The notes under the pieces: generated by a model
The model's database searches: none
The model's input: only the letters and a program-made list of their open reading frames with translations
Told to the model about the DNA's origin: nothing
DNA from: an uncultured Verrucomicrobiae bacterium
Lineage (GTDB): Bacteria > Verrucomicrobiota > Verrucomicrobiia > Chthoniobacterales > Chthoniobacteraceae
Length of the DNA stretch: 64,000 nucleotides
NCBI GenBank assembly: GCA_963769025.1
Contig: CAVYKI010000003.1
Location: 576,001-640,000 of the forward strand
Direction: 5' to 3'
Shown: piece by piece, positions 23,550 through 35,176 of the stretch
How positions within the stretch are numbered: position 1 is the stretch's first letter
How the letters are laid out: the number at the start of each line of letters is the position of its first letter
Translations under genes and position numbers: made by a program

Positions 23550-23617
23550 TCTAGTGCGCGGGCGGCCCCGGACAATTGGCAGGAAACCTTTCCCTAACTC
23601 CGAGAAGTTCCGAGACG

Positions 23618-23636
23618 GCTAGGCGTTTTCCCTAGC
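23618..23636. promoter_or_regulatory. Palindromic candidate regulator box GCTAGG-N7-CCTAGC
   Basis: Perfect 6-bp inverted repeat between the LuxR gene and the downstream small-gene operon; second half-site TTCCCTAA at about 23590. Confidence 0.35.
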
Positions 23637-23647
23637 GCCGTACCGCC

Positions 23648-24376
23648 CTACCCGCGCTCGCCGAGCCAGCGCGACGCAAAGTGGATCACCGCGAGGGAAT
23701 TCTTCAGGCCGAGCTTTGTCCGGATGTTGGTCTTGTGACAGCTCACGGTCTTCAGGCTCAGGTGCAGGTCGGCGGCGATCTGGTGCCCGTCCTTTCCCTC
23801 CGCGATGAGCTGGAAGACCTCGAACTCGCGGTCGCTCAGCTTCCCGAGCGGCGAGCTCGTCGCCTTCGTATTCGGGTGGACGATCCGCTCCAGGATGCCG
23901 GCCGACATCTTCTCGCTCACGTACACCTTTCCGGCGAGCACCGTGGCGATCGCCTGCAGGATCTTCTCCGGCCCTTCCTGCTTCATGATGTACCCGCGCC
24001 CGCCGGCGTGCAGGATGCGTTCGCCGTACAGCGCCTCGTCGTGCATCGAGATGACGAGGACCGGCAGCTCGGGCTGGAAGGCGTGGATGTCCTTGAGCAG
24101 TTCCAGGCCGCTTCTGCCCGGCAGGCCGATGTCCGTCAGCAGGATGTCCGGTTTCGTCCGCGGGATTTCCTCGAAGGCCTTCGCCGCAGTCTCCGCGAAG
24201 CCGCAGACCATGAGGTCCGGCTGCTGGCGGATGATCCCGGCCAGCCCCTCGCGGAAAACGGGATGATCATCGACGATGAAGACCCGCGACTGCTTCGGTG
24301 CGGGCTTCCCGGCCTGCTTCGCTGTCTGCTTCGCCCGCTGTTTCGCGGGCTGCCTGGTTTGTTCTTTCTTCGCCAT
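23648..24376 (-). CDS. NarL/LuxR-family response regulator
   Basis: VDDHPVFREG, TDIGLPG, SMHDE, LSDREFEVFQLIAEG HTH. Confidence 0.95.
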   Translation of the reverse strand: MAKKEQTRQPAKQRAKQTAKQAGKPAPKQSRVFIVDDHPVFREGLAGIIRQQPDLMVCGFAETAAKAFEEIPRTKPDILLTDIGLPGRSGLELLKDIHAFQPELPVLVISMHDEALYGERILHAGGRGYIMKQEGPEKILQAIATVLAGKVYVSEKMSAGILERIVHPNTKATSSPLGKLSDREFEVFQLIAEGKDGHQIAADLHLSLKTVSCHKTNIRTKLGLKNSLAVIHFASRWLGERG

Positions 24377-24377
24377 T

Positions 24378-27246
24378 TCAGTCCTCCTCCGGTGCGGAAT
24401 CCTTGGTTTTTGGTATCGTGCAGACGACTTTCGTTCCGCCCTTGGGTTTGCTGCGGAAATCCAGCGAGCCTCCCATCGCCTCGGCCCGGTATTTCATCGT
24501 GCGGATGCCCATGCCCGCGTTCCAGCCGGGCGTCCAGTCCGCATGCCTTTGCCGTCGTCGTTCACCGACAGCGCCAGCTCCGTCGCGGAGGCGGAGAGCA
24601 GGATGGCGATGTGCTTCGCATCCGCGTGCCGGGCGGCATTCGTCACCGCCTCCTGCGCGATCCGGTAGAGATGCGTGGCGACTTCGGGATCGGAGACATG
24701 CACCGGACGCCCGCACGCAAAACGGCACCGGAGCCCGAACAGTTCCGAGGTCCGCCCGGCGAGTCCGCGGAGCGCGGCCATCAGTCCGCCGGGCTCCGGC
24801 ACCACCGGCTGCAAGCCGCGGGCGAGCGCACGGGTCAGGCTCACCGCCTTGTCCAGCGTCGCAGAAATCCTCGCGGCATTTTCCGCCTCGGGAGAAGATT
24901 GGGCCCGCAGGTTCTTTTCCAGCGCGGAGCTGAAAAACCACAGCCCGGCGAGCTGCTGGCCGAGATCGTCGTGCAGGTCCTGGCCGATGCGCTGCCTCTC
25001 CAGCTCGCTGATGTGGAGGACTTCCTGCTCGAGCCGGCGCCGTTCCTCGATTGCCGTCTTCAGGGATTCCATCGTCTCGGTCAGCGCCTCGGTGCGCGCG
25101 GCGACACGGGCTTCGAGCTCCGCGTTCAGCGTGTGGATCGCCTCCTCGGCCTTCTTCCGCCCGGTGATGTCGCGGATGGCGCTGCACACCAGCAGCCCGA
25201 CCTCCGTCTGGAGCGGGCTGAGGCTGACCTCCACGGGAAACTCGCTCCCGTCCTTGCGCCTCGCGGCCAGCTCCCATCGCTCCCCCGATCGGGTGGCTCA
25301 CCGGCTTGGCCGTGTACCGCGCGCGATCGGCGGGATTTCCCTCTCGGGAATCGGCGGGCAGCAGCATTTCCATCTTCCGCCCGAGCAATTCGCGCCGCTC
25401 GTAGCCGAAAAGTTTCTCTGCCTGCCGGTTCAGCATATGAATCGTTCCCTGCCGGCTCACGATTACCATCGCGTCGGGCGCGGATTCCAGCACGTCACGG
25501 AATTTTTCCTCGGCCAGTTTGACAGCCGTGATGTTCACATGCGCGATCACCAAGCGGACCTCGCCTTCCCCGGCGAAAGGCGTGACGTAGGCCGTGAACC
25601 ACCGCCTCTCAGTCGGCGAATGGCACGGGTAGTCCATCGAAAACATCCGCGTCCGTCCTTTCAACACCGAGCGCACACCGGCGACGAAGCGCTTCGCGTC
25701 GCCCCGCTCCAGCCCATGCACCCGCTCGCAGACTTCCAGATAGTTCACGCCGCAGCCGGTCGTCTCGTCCGTGCCGCGGTTGGCGAGTGCGAAACGGCGC
25801 CAGGCCTTGTTCACGTCGAGGATCATCCCCGCTCCGTCGATGACCGCGATCTGCGCGGGGATCGCTTCCACCGTCGAGCGCGCGAGGCGCTGGGACTCGT
25901 GCAACGCCGCCTCCATCGCCTTGCGCTCCGACACGTCACGCACGGTCCCGACGAGATGCAGCGGCCGGCCGCCGGCATCGCGGAGCACGCGGAAGGACTC
26001 CGCGACCCAACGGAAGGTGCCGTCCTTGCATCGGAATCGATATTCCAGCCGCGGGCATGGCTCCCCGGTCGCCATGGCCTTCCTGAAGGTCCGCCGCACG
26101 TGCCGGACGTCGGACGGATGAACCCATTCGAACAGGTCGCCCAGCGACTTGGATCCCAGCTCCTCCGGCATAAAGCCGGTGATCTGTTCGATCACCGGGC
26201 TCACGTAGTCGTAGCCGTCGCTCTGCAGATTCCGCCGGTACGCGGCATCGAGCGAATTCTCCAGGACGGCTCGCAGGCGTTCCTCGCCTTCGCGGATTTT
26301 TTTCTCCGCGGCCTTGCGCTCCGAAACGTCCCGCCAGATGGCCGCGATGGCGACCACGCGCCCTTCCTCCAAGATCGGCGACCGCGAAACTTCCACATCC
26401 ACGAGCGATCCGTCCTTCCGCTGGCGGACCGTTTCAAATGCCGTCACCCGCTGGCCTCGCACCGCAAGCGCCAGGAGCCGCTCGCTCTCCTGACGGCGAT
26501 CCTTTGGCGCGATGAACGACACATTTTCCCCGATCGCCTCCTCGGCGCGGTAGCCGAAAAGCGATTCCGCGCCGGGATTCCACGAGACGATGATCCCGTC
26601 CGGCATGAAGCTCGCGATGGCATCCTGTGATGACTCGACGATGGATGCGAGCAAGGCCGCGCGCGTCCCCGCGGCACGGAGCTCGGTGACATCCTCGATC
26701 GCGGTCAGGAACAGCCCCGCACGTCCATCCGCGGCGCGGTGCCGGTTTGTGGACATGCGCACCTGCCGCACCGTGCCGTCCCGCGCGACGAGCCGGAGGT
26801 CGGCGGCCACGGTCGAGGTGCTGCGCCGCATCTTCCAGAGATGCTCGAGGAATTTTCGCCGCTCCGCCGCCTCGACAAAGACGATGAACGGCTTGCCGAT
26901 CGCGATGGCCCTCCGGGTGCAAAGCAGCCGTTGCGCCTCCGCGTTGATGTCGCGGACACAGCCGTGCGAATCGAACGTCAGATAGCCAATCGGCGCGTGC
27001 TCGTGAAGCTCGGCAAAGCGCTGATGGGAAATTTCGAGCGAAGCGTGAGCCTTGGCGAGTTCCTCGATCTGGAGTTCCAGCAGGTTCCGCTGCTGCTCGA
27101 GCGCCGCGAGCACTTGCGGACGGCGCAACGCCCGGGTCTTTCCCGGCCGCCTTCGCCCGGGGCTTCCGCGGCGCCGCGAGCGCACGCTTCGCGCCGTTTG
27201 GCGGCCGGATGCCCCGTTTGCCCTGCTCGGAAAATGGCCTTTTCAC
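24378..27246 (-). CDS. Multi-PAS sensor histidine kinase (HisKA_3), frameshifted
   Basis: Several PAS/PAC domains; RIGQDLHDDLGQ, EAVTNAARH, NDDGKG, GMGIRTM, GGTKV. Confidence 0.9.
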
Positions 27247-27251
27247 GGGAA

Positions 27252-30206
27252 TCAGGTCGGGTTGCCCACATCCCGGATGGCGAGGAGGATCCAGTCATCG
27301 CCGTCCTGCCGCTGCGCGAGCCGGCGGGCATTCACGAGCAGGTGCTTCCGCCCGACCGCGGGGAACCTCGCCTCCACCGGGAAGTCCTCGATGCTCGTCC
27401 GCTCGGGGAGGATCTTTTCGAGCAGCGTGCGCAACTCCGGGAATGTCCCATTGTCCCCTGCCGATCTCGTAGATGAACCGGCCCTCCGTCTCAGCGGACT
27501 TCACTTCGAACAGGTCGTAAAAACTCGGGTTTGCCTGCTTCACGCGCAACTTCCCATCCAGCAGCAAAAGCGGTTCGCGCACCGTGCCCACGATCGCCTC
27601 GGAGAGGCACCGCGCGTGGTCCGATTCGGCGAGGCTGCGCTTCAGCGGATCGATGTCCTGCATCACGAAAATCACGCCGTTGATGCGGCTGTCCGCGGTG
27701 CGATACGGCCGGATGCGCAGCGCATACCAATGGCCCTCGCGGTCCTGGATCTCCTGCTCCTCGGCGGCGAGCGTGTCCAGCACGCGGAGGATCGCGGAGT
27801 GCAGCTCCGGCAGCGCGAGGCTGAGCTTCAGGTCCGTGACCGTGCGGCCCACATCACCGGCGATGAGACCGAGGACGGTCTGCGCCTTCGGCGTGAAACG
27901 GCGGACGCGAAGCTCCTTGTCCAGCATCACGACCGCGACCTCCACGCTGTTGAACACATTCAGCAAGTCGTCGCTGATCTCCTGCAGTTCGAGGTTCCGG
28001 TTCTGGAGTTCCTCGTTGAGCGTCGTCAGCTCCTCGTTCGTGCTCTGGAGTTCCTCCTTCGCCGTCTCGAGCTCCTCGTTCGTGCTCTGGAGTTCCTCGT
28101 TGCTTGAGAGCGCCTCCTCGTTCGCCGCGCGCAATTCCTCGTCGGCGGCCTCGTGCTCCTCCATGAGGCCGTGCAGCGAAAGCTTCGTGAGCGCCAGCTC
28201 CTCGCGCAACTGCGCGATCTCCCGCTGCGCCGCGGTGCGCTGGCCGGCCTTGCCCTTGGGCACCGCCGCCTCGACCTTCGCCGCCGTCTGCTCGAAGAAG
28301 ACGAGGAAAAACCGCTCCTCGGACGGCGGCACCTTGAAAGGGATCACGCGGATGTCGGCCGAGATGGTGCGGCCGTCCGTGCGCACCCGCACGCCTTCGC
28401 GCGTCGTGGGCCGGTTCAGCTTCGCGGCCCTCGCGATGAGCGGGCGCAATTCCACCGAGAGGCCCTGCCGCGCCATCTGCAGCAGGTTCAGGTTTGCGGT
28501 CCCCGGCCCGTGGCCGAGATAGAACTCCGTGCGGCCGCGGAATTGCAGGATGTCCATGCGCGAATTCACCACGACGCCATCGGGTGCAAACTCGCTGAGC
28601 ACGAGCGCGTCCGCGTGTTTCCGGATCTCGCCGAGCACATTTTCCGAGCCGCGGCGGCCCGTCGCCGCCGCCGGGACGTCGCGGCCCGCGAGTCCCGCGA
28701 CGAATGGCGGCAGCCGCGTGGCGAGCGGCTCGGACACCGCGCGCTTCGCATAGATGCGCTGCTTCGCATCCAACAGCTCGAACAGCTCCGCAAACCCCGC
28801 GACGGACTCCGCCGTGCCCAGCAGCAGGAAGCCGCGCGGATTCAGCGCGTAGTGGAAAATCGGCACCACTTTCCTCTGCATCGGCGCGCCGAAATAGATG
28901 AGCACATTCCGGCAACTGATGAGGTCCACCTTGGAGAAGGGCGGGTCCGCCACGACGTTCTGCCGCGCAAAGACACACAGGTCGCGGATCGACTTTTCGA
29001 CGCGGTAGCCGGCGTCCGTCCTCGCAAAAAAGCGCCGCAGCCGTGCGGGCGAGAGGTCTCCCTTGATGCTCTCGGGGTACATCCCGGAACGCGCACGGTT
29101 CAGGATCGCGTCGTTCACGTCCGTCCCGAACAACTGGATCGGCCACTTTTTCCCGGCCGTCTCCATGAACTCCACGACCGCCATCGCCAGCGAATACACT
29201 TCCTCGCCGGTCGAGCAGCCCGGCACCCAGATGCGGATGGATTCGTCCGTGGACTTGTGCTTCACGATCCTCGGGAAGATTTTCTTTTTCAGGATCTCAA
29301 ACGCCTTCGGGTCGCGGAAAAAGCCGGTGACCGAGATCAGCACATCCTGGAGCAGCGCCTCCAGCTCGCCGGGATTCCCGCGCAGCAGCCCGCCGTACTG
29401 CGCGAGGCTGTCCGATTTCAGGAGCACCATGCGGCGGGTGATCCGCCGGCCCAGCGTGTTCGGCTTGTAGTGAAAAAAATCGATTCCCGAGTGCGCCTTG
29501 AGCAGCGAGCAGACCTGCTTGAACTCCGCGGCTTCCGCCGGGAACTGTCCGGGCCCATCCTCGCCACGCGGAAGCAGCGCGGAGGGATGATGGCTGATGC
29601 GCACCAGTTCCGCCGCGATCTCCTCGGGCGAAAGGATGAAGTCCGCCGCGCCGCTCGCGCTCGCCGGCATGCCCGAGTGCTTCGCGGTCCTCTCGGTCTG
29701 GGCAAAGGTGATGCCGTTCGCCGCCTTGATCGCCTCGAGCCCGTCCGCTCCGTCCTGCCCGGTGCCCGAGAGGATCACACCCACCGCGCGGTGCCCCTGA
29801 TCCTCCGCCAGCGCCTTGAAAAAATAATTCACCGGCAAGTGCGGTTCCGTCGAGTGGCCGCGCGGCGACAATTTCAGCACCCCCTTGGAAATGCCGAGCG
29901 TCTTGTTCGGCGGGATCACATACACGTGGCCGCGCTCCACCGGCATCCCGTTTTTCGCCTCCACGACCGTCAGCTCCGTCACCCGCGCGAGGAGGCTCGC
30001 GAGCGCGCTCGGCTGCCCGGGGTCGAGATGCTGCACGAGCACGAGCGCCAGCCGCGCATCGCCCGGCAGGTGCCGTACCAGTTGCGTCGCCGCCTCCAGA
30101 GCCGCCCGCCGAGGCTCCCACGCCCACGATGGGAAACGGTGAATGGGTCTTCGTGGGCCCTGACGCCGCGCGGTGGGGTTCCTCGCTTCGATTTCTTCAT
30201 CGCCAT
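27252..30206 (-). CDS. CheB/CheR fusion with coiled coil and PAS domains (frameshifted)
   Basis: GVGASAGG, VQHLDP, LSGTGQDG, ISVTGFFRD, GCSTGEE, SCRNVLIY, SNEELQSTNEELETAKEELQS. Confidence 0.92.
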
Positions 30207-30341
30207 GGGACCCGCAGGCTGTCCGTTTCGGACAGAAAGGCAAGCGCAGCGCGATTCGCGCGCACCTCACCGGCAGCCGCACCCATTCCATTCCCGGCTC
30301 TCCGCTTTCGTGCTACGTTGCGACTCGCGAAAACCCGCGCC

Positions 30342-30536
30342 ATGCAGCCGACCGTCTCACATTGCAAATCCTGCGGTTCCGATTTCGAAGGAAATCAGGA
30401 GCGTTGCCCGTCCTGCGGAAAAAGGAGTCCCCGCGGCCGGCGCGATTTCCTGCTGAAGTGGATCGCAGTCTCCACTTTCCTCATGGCGCTGGCCCTCATC
30501 GCCTACGCACTCACCCACTCGCACGTCGTGGACTGA
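30342..30536 (+). CDS. Small zinc-ribbon membrane protein
   Basis: CKSC...CPSC followed by one hydrophobic helix. Confidence 0.55.
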   Translation: MQPTVSHCKSCGSDFEGNQERCPSCGKRSPRGRRDFLLKWIAVSTFLMALALIAYALTHSHVVD

Positions 30537-30562
30537 TCCGGGGCGCTCGGCGGCTGTTCCGC

Positions 30563-30955
30563 CTACGTCTTTTGCTCCGCAAGCCCCCCCACGCTCGACT
30601 CCACCGCACGCCGGAGCTGCAGCAAATCGAACGGCTTCGGAATGATGTATTCCACGCCGAGACCGCGATAGATCGCCTCCGCTTCCGGCGAGAGGTAGCC
30701 GGACATTACGACCCACTTTCCGCGGAACCCGGCGAGTTGCAGCCGCTTGATCAATTCCGACCCCGCCCAGCCCGGCATCATGTGGTCGGCGATGACGATC
30801 TCGAAGCCCCGCGTGTTCGCCTTGAGGAGTTCGAATGCCTCCTGCCCGTCGTAGATGGCATCGACCTGATAGCGTTCCCCCAGCGCCAGTGTGACGGAGG
30901 TGGCGGTATGCGACTCGTCGTCAACGACGAGGATCTTGGTGGGTGGGGAGCCCAT
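30563..30955 (-). CDS. Single-domain response regulator (CheY-like)
   Basis: ILVVDDE, ADHMMPG, MSGY, PKPF. Confidence 0.88.
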   Translation of the reverse strand: MGSPPTKILVVDDESHTATSVTLALGERYQVDAIYDGQEAFELLKANTRGFEIVIADHMMPGWAGSELIKRLQLAGFRGKWVVMSGYLSPEAEAIYRGLGVEYIIPKPFDLLQLRRAVESSVGGLAEQKT

Positions 30956-31624
30956 GGGTCTTGCGAGATTACCATCCGGGCCCCGCTTCACTAGCGGGAA
31001 TGTGACGCAACATCGCGCCCCGACACCTCCCGTCAGAGTACAGGACAGCGGGCCAGCCGGCCGCGACCGGGGGCCGCCCCCGCGGGACCGCTTTTAGCAG
31101 GTCATCCACATTTCGCACAAAGAACATCCGCCCGCGATTTGCGCCGCACCGCCCGATTCCCCCCTGGCGATGCGGCGCATGGCTACCGACGAATCGGCAC
31201 CATTCATGGCGCGACCGACGTTAGCGCATCGGCCACCCTCAAACATGCGGAGGGCTCCGATGCATTCAGCGCCGATCAATCAGCCGTGATTTCTGCACCG
31301 TCTGGTTTGGCGGATTGTTCTCGGCCAGCGGCACGTCGCCGCGCGCGGCCCGCGAAGGCGCTTCCCCGTCGCTCAGCGGCGGCGGGTCGTAGGGCTCGGC
31401 TTAGGTCTCGGTGTTGTTCACCCACGCGGGATTTCGCGGTGACCCAGGTTTCCCGCCCGGGGAGTGGAAGGATCGATCGAGGGGCTTCATGCCTCATACC
31501 GTACCGCCCCCCATCTCTACGGACAATCGGCCCGAGTGCTCAATCGCCTTAAGGAGCGCACCGAGCATCAGTCGGGATTTTTCCTACGCGAACATACTCC
31601 CAATTCAGGGCCGTCGGCGGCGGC

Positions 31625-34600
31625 TTATTCGAGTGGGCGATAGACGACTTCCTTCACCACGGCGCGCGGGAAGTCGAGGGGCTGGCCTTCCAGCGTCGTG
31701 CATTTCACGCGGTCGTTTTCGATGTGGAGATCCTTCACGGAAACGAGGCCGCGATTGTGGAAGCGGAGGCGCGGGAAATGGTCGGCGACGGCTTCCTTGC
31801 TGCCGGGGAAAAGAATCCACGCGACGCGCTTGCCGGGGAGTTCGAGCGGGCCGGCATCGGAATCGACGGTGACGAGGTCGCCCGCGATTTTCTCGATCGC
31901 GCCCGCAAACTCATCGCCATTCACGAGGTGGACGACTGGCAACGGCGCGGCGGCCTTTTCGGGCTCCGTCCCCTCCCCCGCAGCCTCGGGCTTTTTGGCA
32001 GCCGCGGGAGGAAGCGGCCGCGGCGGCGGTCCGACTGCCTGGTCTCCCAGAGGCTCAAGGATTTTGCCGGGCACGGTGCCGGCGGACAGGCCGTCCCACG
32101 GCGAAAGCCAGATGCGCGAAATGCGGTTTGGCCTGCCGGTGCCCGCGCCGGTGGACATCGGCGTGAGGGTGAAGCCGCCCACCTCGAGCGCCTCGGCGGC
32201 TTCATCTTCCTTGAAGGGAATCTTTCCGATTTCGCTGCCGGCCATGAAGACGCGGAACGTTTTCGCGGGGCGATCCAGCACCACCGTGACGCGGATGTTG
32301 CCGCCTGCGGCGTCGATTTTTTCCTCCACCTGGAAGCGTTTGCCCGCGCCGGCGAAACGGTTCAGCCGCACGGAGCCGGGATTGAAATACACATTCACGC
32401 GCCCGCCGACGGAATAGACGGTGAAAGTGCGCTCGTCCTTGGAATTGAAGAGCTGGATGTTGAATGCCGGGGAGCGGCCGGTGTTGGCGATTTCGAAGTC
32501 CAGCGCGTACGCGCCATCGTACGCGGGCCATTTGTGCGCGAGCATCGACTGGCTGCCGCGGGACGTGCCGGTGAGCGTGTAGCCGCCGTCGTGGTAACTC
32601 CATGGCGGCTCGCCTTTCGACAGGACGTCCAATTGCTTCCGCGGGATGCCCGTGCGTCCGGGACTCGGGCCTTCATTCCAAAGCTCCGATCCGGTGGCCC
32701 CGTCGGCGAGGCTGGCAGTGACTTCGGCGCCGAGGTAAAGGCTGCGCACGGCGGCGAGCGGGATGGCAAGTGCCGCGGCGAGGCCGGTCTTAAAAACGAG
32801 CCGGTCGCCCGCGAGCGACACGACGTCGCCCGGCAACCAGTCGCCATTGCCGAGACGCACCGCGCCGGAGCCCGTGAGCGCCGCGCTTTCCGGCGATTCC
32901 GCGGGCGGGGCAAAGTAAACGCCGGCGACGCGGGCGCGCGGGAACTCGATCGGCACCTTCGATGCGGCGATTTTCCAGCGCAGGATGTCCCCGCCGATCG
33001 GCGTGAGCACCTTGCCCTTCATCTGCGTTCCGTCGGTGAGCGTGAGGACATCCAGGCCCTTCGCGGAAGACTCGGGCTGGCCGGGCCGCGGCGGATACTC
33101 CAGCTCGCGCAACGCCGAGAGCGGCAGCGTGAGCTGCGAGCCGAAGCGCGTGGTGACCGTCATCGACCGGCCGTCACCGCTGAGCTTCGTGGCGGAAAAT
33201 TCGCTCCCGTTTTTCAACCGCAGCAACGCGACGGGCGCAGGAAGGTCCTTCGGCGCGGCGGCAGGCGCAAAGCGCACGTAGAGCGTCTTGTCCCGCGGCG
33301 CGGTGCCGCCCTCGTTGGCGAAGACGATCTCCCGGCCGGTGATGCGTTCGATCGATCCATTCATCGCGGCGGCGTTGCCTGCGAGCACCTGATCAGCCGC
33401 GGGCGCGGCGGGCTCCGCTCCCTTCTCGGGTTCCTTGCCGTCCCATGGCAGGATGCGCAGGCGCCCGAGTTCCATCGTCGCGCCGGACGTGAAAACATTC
33501 GGCGAGAACGTGAAATATCCGCCGGCCTTGCCCGCATCCGCCGGGCTCATCTTGGAAAGCTTCCACTCGGCGCGCTTGACGCCGTTGGCGTAAATCAGCG
33601 CCCGGCCAGCGACCCGATCCACCAGCAGCCGGTAGCGGATCGTCTCCGGTTTTTCACCCGCAAGCAGGCGCACGCCGCCCTGGAGCTGGGAGTTGTATTG
33701 GTTGTATCGCCGTCCGTCGTAGTGATTCCCGGTGATCTGCTGGGGACTGAACTGGACCATGAGCGCGCCGACCGAGGACTGGCTCACGCCGGTCGAAAAT
33801 AGCGTGATGCCGAAATGCTGGAGCTGCGGCGCAAAGGTAACATCGAAGGACAAATCGATCGGGTCGGGCATCTGCTCGAAATTGCGGCCGATCGGCCCAT
33901 TCGTGAGGCAGCGCAGCAATCCGTCCTTGAATTCCCAAACCCCCGAGCCGTTCCGCCCCGTGGACCAGCCCGAGAGGCCCATCGGCCCGTCGTACATCTG
34001 CGGAGCCTGGCTGTCGGAAAGCGTCGCGCACTGCGCCTGCTCCCTCGGGATTTCCAGACGCTGCCCGCCGGGCAAAGTGAGCGCGATTTTGCCATCCGCC
34101 ATGGTCAGCGCATCACCGCCAAACCAACTGCCATCGCGCAGCTGCAGGTGGACTTTCGTGACGCCGGGCGCGGCTTTCTCGCGCTCCGCAAAAATCAGGC
34201 TCCGGATTTCATTCTCCAGCAGTTCCACGTCCGGGACTCCTTCGCGTTTCAGGATGAGGCCCTTCGCCGGATCGAGGCCCTGGATTTGCCCGGTGAAACG
34301 GTTCCCGTCACGAAGCAACACGGCGTCCTTCTCGCTCTGTGCGCTGCCGCCGCCCGCACTCGTCGAACTGCGCGTCGCGGTGTTGGTGGTGGCCCGGAAA
34401 ACCACGGCTCCCGGCACGGCCTCCGGCGCATTTGCGGCGGCAAACTGGATCACCGGCGGCGCTTCCGGCGCGGCGCCCAGCTTTGCCTTGAGCTCGACGT
34501 CTTTTCCATCGCGCCGGACGGTGAGCTTCACCACCTGCTCCGGCCTCACTGCGCGGATCATTTCCCGCAATTGCGCCGAGTCCTTCGCGGCCTTGCCCTC

Positions 34601-35086
34601 GAAAGTCAGCACGCGATCCCCTTCCTTCACGCCCGCCTTCGCGGCGGGGGAATCTTCCAGGACGCTGAGGATTCCCACGCCGGCGGCTGTCGCTTTTGCA
34701 TCCGCATCGTCGGCCGGCGCGGCCACAGTCGTGTCGAGCGTCACGCCGAGATAACCCGGCTTCGCGGCGCCTGCCGCGAGCGGGTTCGGGACCAAAATGG
34801 ACGGGATGCCGGGGAAAAAGATCACCGGCGGCAGAGCGGCATTTGGCCTCGCTCCCGCCGCCTGTGCGACTGCGACACCCGCCTGGATCTGCGCACCACC
34901 GACCTGAAGCTGAAATTGCGCGCCGCCATTGAACTGGATCTGTCCGCCACCCTGGATCTGGATTTCCACCTTCGCCGCAGGCGGCGGCTGCACCGCCGGT
35001 GCGGGTGCAACCTCCGCTGCGAGTCCGGACGTGGCGAGTGACGCCAGCATGAGGAGGGCGTGGATGCGGGAATGTCTGGGTTTCAT
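31625..35086 (-). CDS. Large secreted PDZ-domain protein with repeated LxL(N/D)G modules
   Basis: Intact 1153-aa ORF; signal peptide; PDZ (GYLGV...DSPAAKAGVKEGD); about seven LxxGxxxxG beta modules. Confidence 0.75.
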   Translation of the reverse strand: MKPRHSRIHALLMLASLATSGLAAEVAPAPAVQPPPAAKVEIQIQGGGQIQFNGGAQFQLQVGGAQIQAGVAVAQAAGARPNAALPPVIFFPGIPSILVPNPLAAGAAKPGYLGVTLDTTVAAPADDADAKATAAGVGILSVLEDSPAAKAGVKEGDRVLTFEGKAAKDSAQLREMIRAVRPEQVVKLTVRRDGKDVELKAKLGAAPEAPPVIQFAAANAPEAVPGAVVFRATTNTATRSSTSAGGGSAQSEKDAVLLRDGNRFTGQIQGLDPAKGLILKREGVPDVELLENEIRSLIFAEREKAAPGVTKVHLQLRDGSWFGGDALTMADGKIALTLPGGQRLEIPREQAQCATLSDSQAPQMYDGPMGLSGWSTGRNGSGVWEFKDGLLRCLTNGPIGRNFEQMPDPIDLSFDVTFAPQLQHFGITLFSTGVSQSSVGALMVQFSPQQITGNHYDGRRYNQYNSQLQGGVRLLAGEKPETIRYRLLVDRVAGRALIYANGVKRAEWKLSKMSPADAGKAGGYFTFSPNVFTSGATMELGRLRILPWDGKEPEKGAEPAAPAADQVLAGNAAAMNGSIERITGREIVFANEGGTAPRDKTLYVRFAPAAAPKDLPAPVALLRLKNGSEFSATKLSGDGRSMTVTTRFGSQLTLPLSALRELEYPPRPGQPESSAKGLDVLTLTDGTQMKGKVLTPIGGDILRWKIAASKVPIEFPRARVAGVYFAPPAESPESAALTGSGAVRLGNGDWLPGDVVSLAGDRLVFKTGLAAALAIPLAAVRSLYLGAEVTASLADGATGSELWNEGPSPGRTGIPRKQLDVLSKGEPPWSYHDGGYTLTGTSRGSQSMLAHKWPAYDGAYALDFEIANTGRSPAFNIQLFNSKDERTFTVYSVGGRVNVYFNPGSVRLNRFAGAGKRFQVEEKIDAAGGNIRVTVVLDRPAKTFRVFMAGSEIGKIPFKEDEAAEALEVGGFTLTPMSTGAGTGRPNRISRIWLSPWDGLSAGTVPGKILEPLGDQAVGPPPRPLPPAAAKKPEAAGEGTEPEKAAAPLPVVHLVNGDEFAGAIEKIAGDLVTVDSDAGPLELPGKRVAWILFPGSKEAVADHFPRLRFHNRGLVSVKDLHIENDRVKCTTLEGQPLDFPRAVVKEVVYRPLE

Positions 35087-35176
35087 GGGGGCGATGCCGG
35101 GGATTGATGACCGGACAACAGGGGGCGGCGATCAGATTGCATGTTCACTTTGAATCCCGCACTTTGAAACCACGAA

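Noticed and set aside
27960..28170. Near-tandem GAGTTCCTCGTT repeats
   Set aside because: They are explained by the standard NEELQS coiled coil of CheB/CheR fusions.
31490..31515. tmRNA or tRNA 5' end (minus-strand GGGGGCG)
   Set aside because: The following TCGAC motif and a matching T-arm/CCA end are absent.
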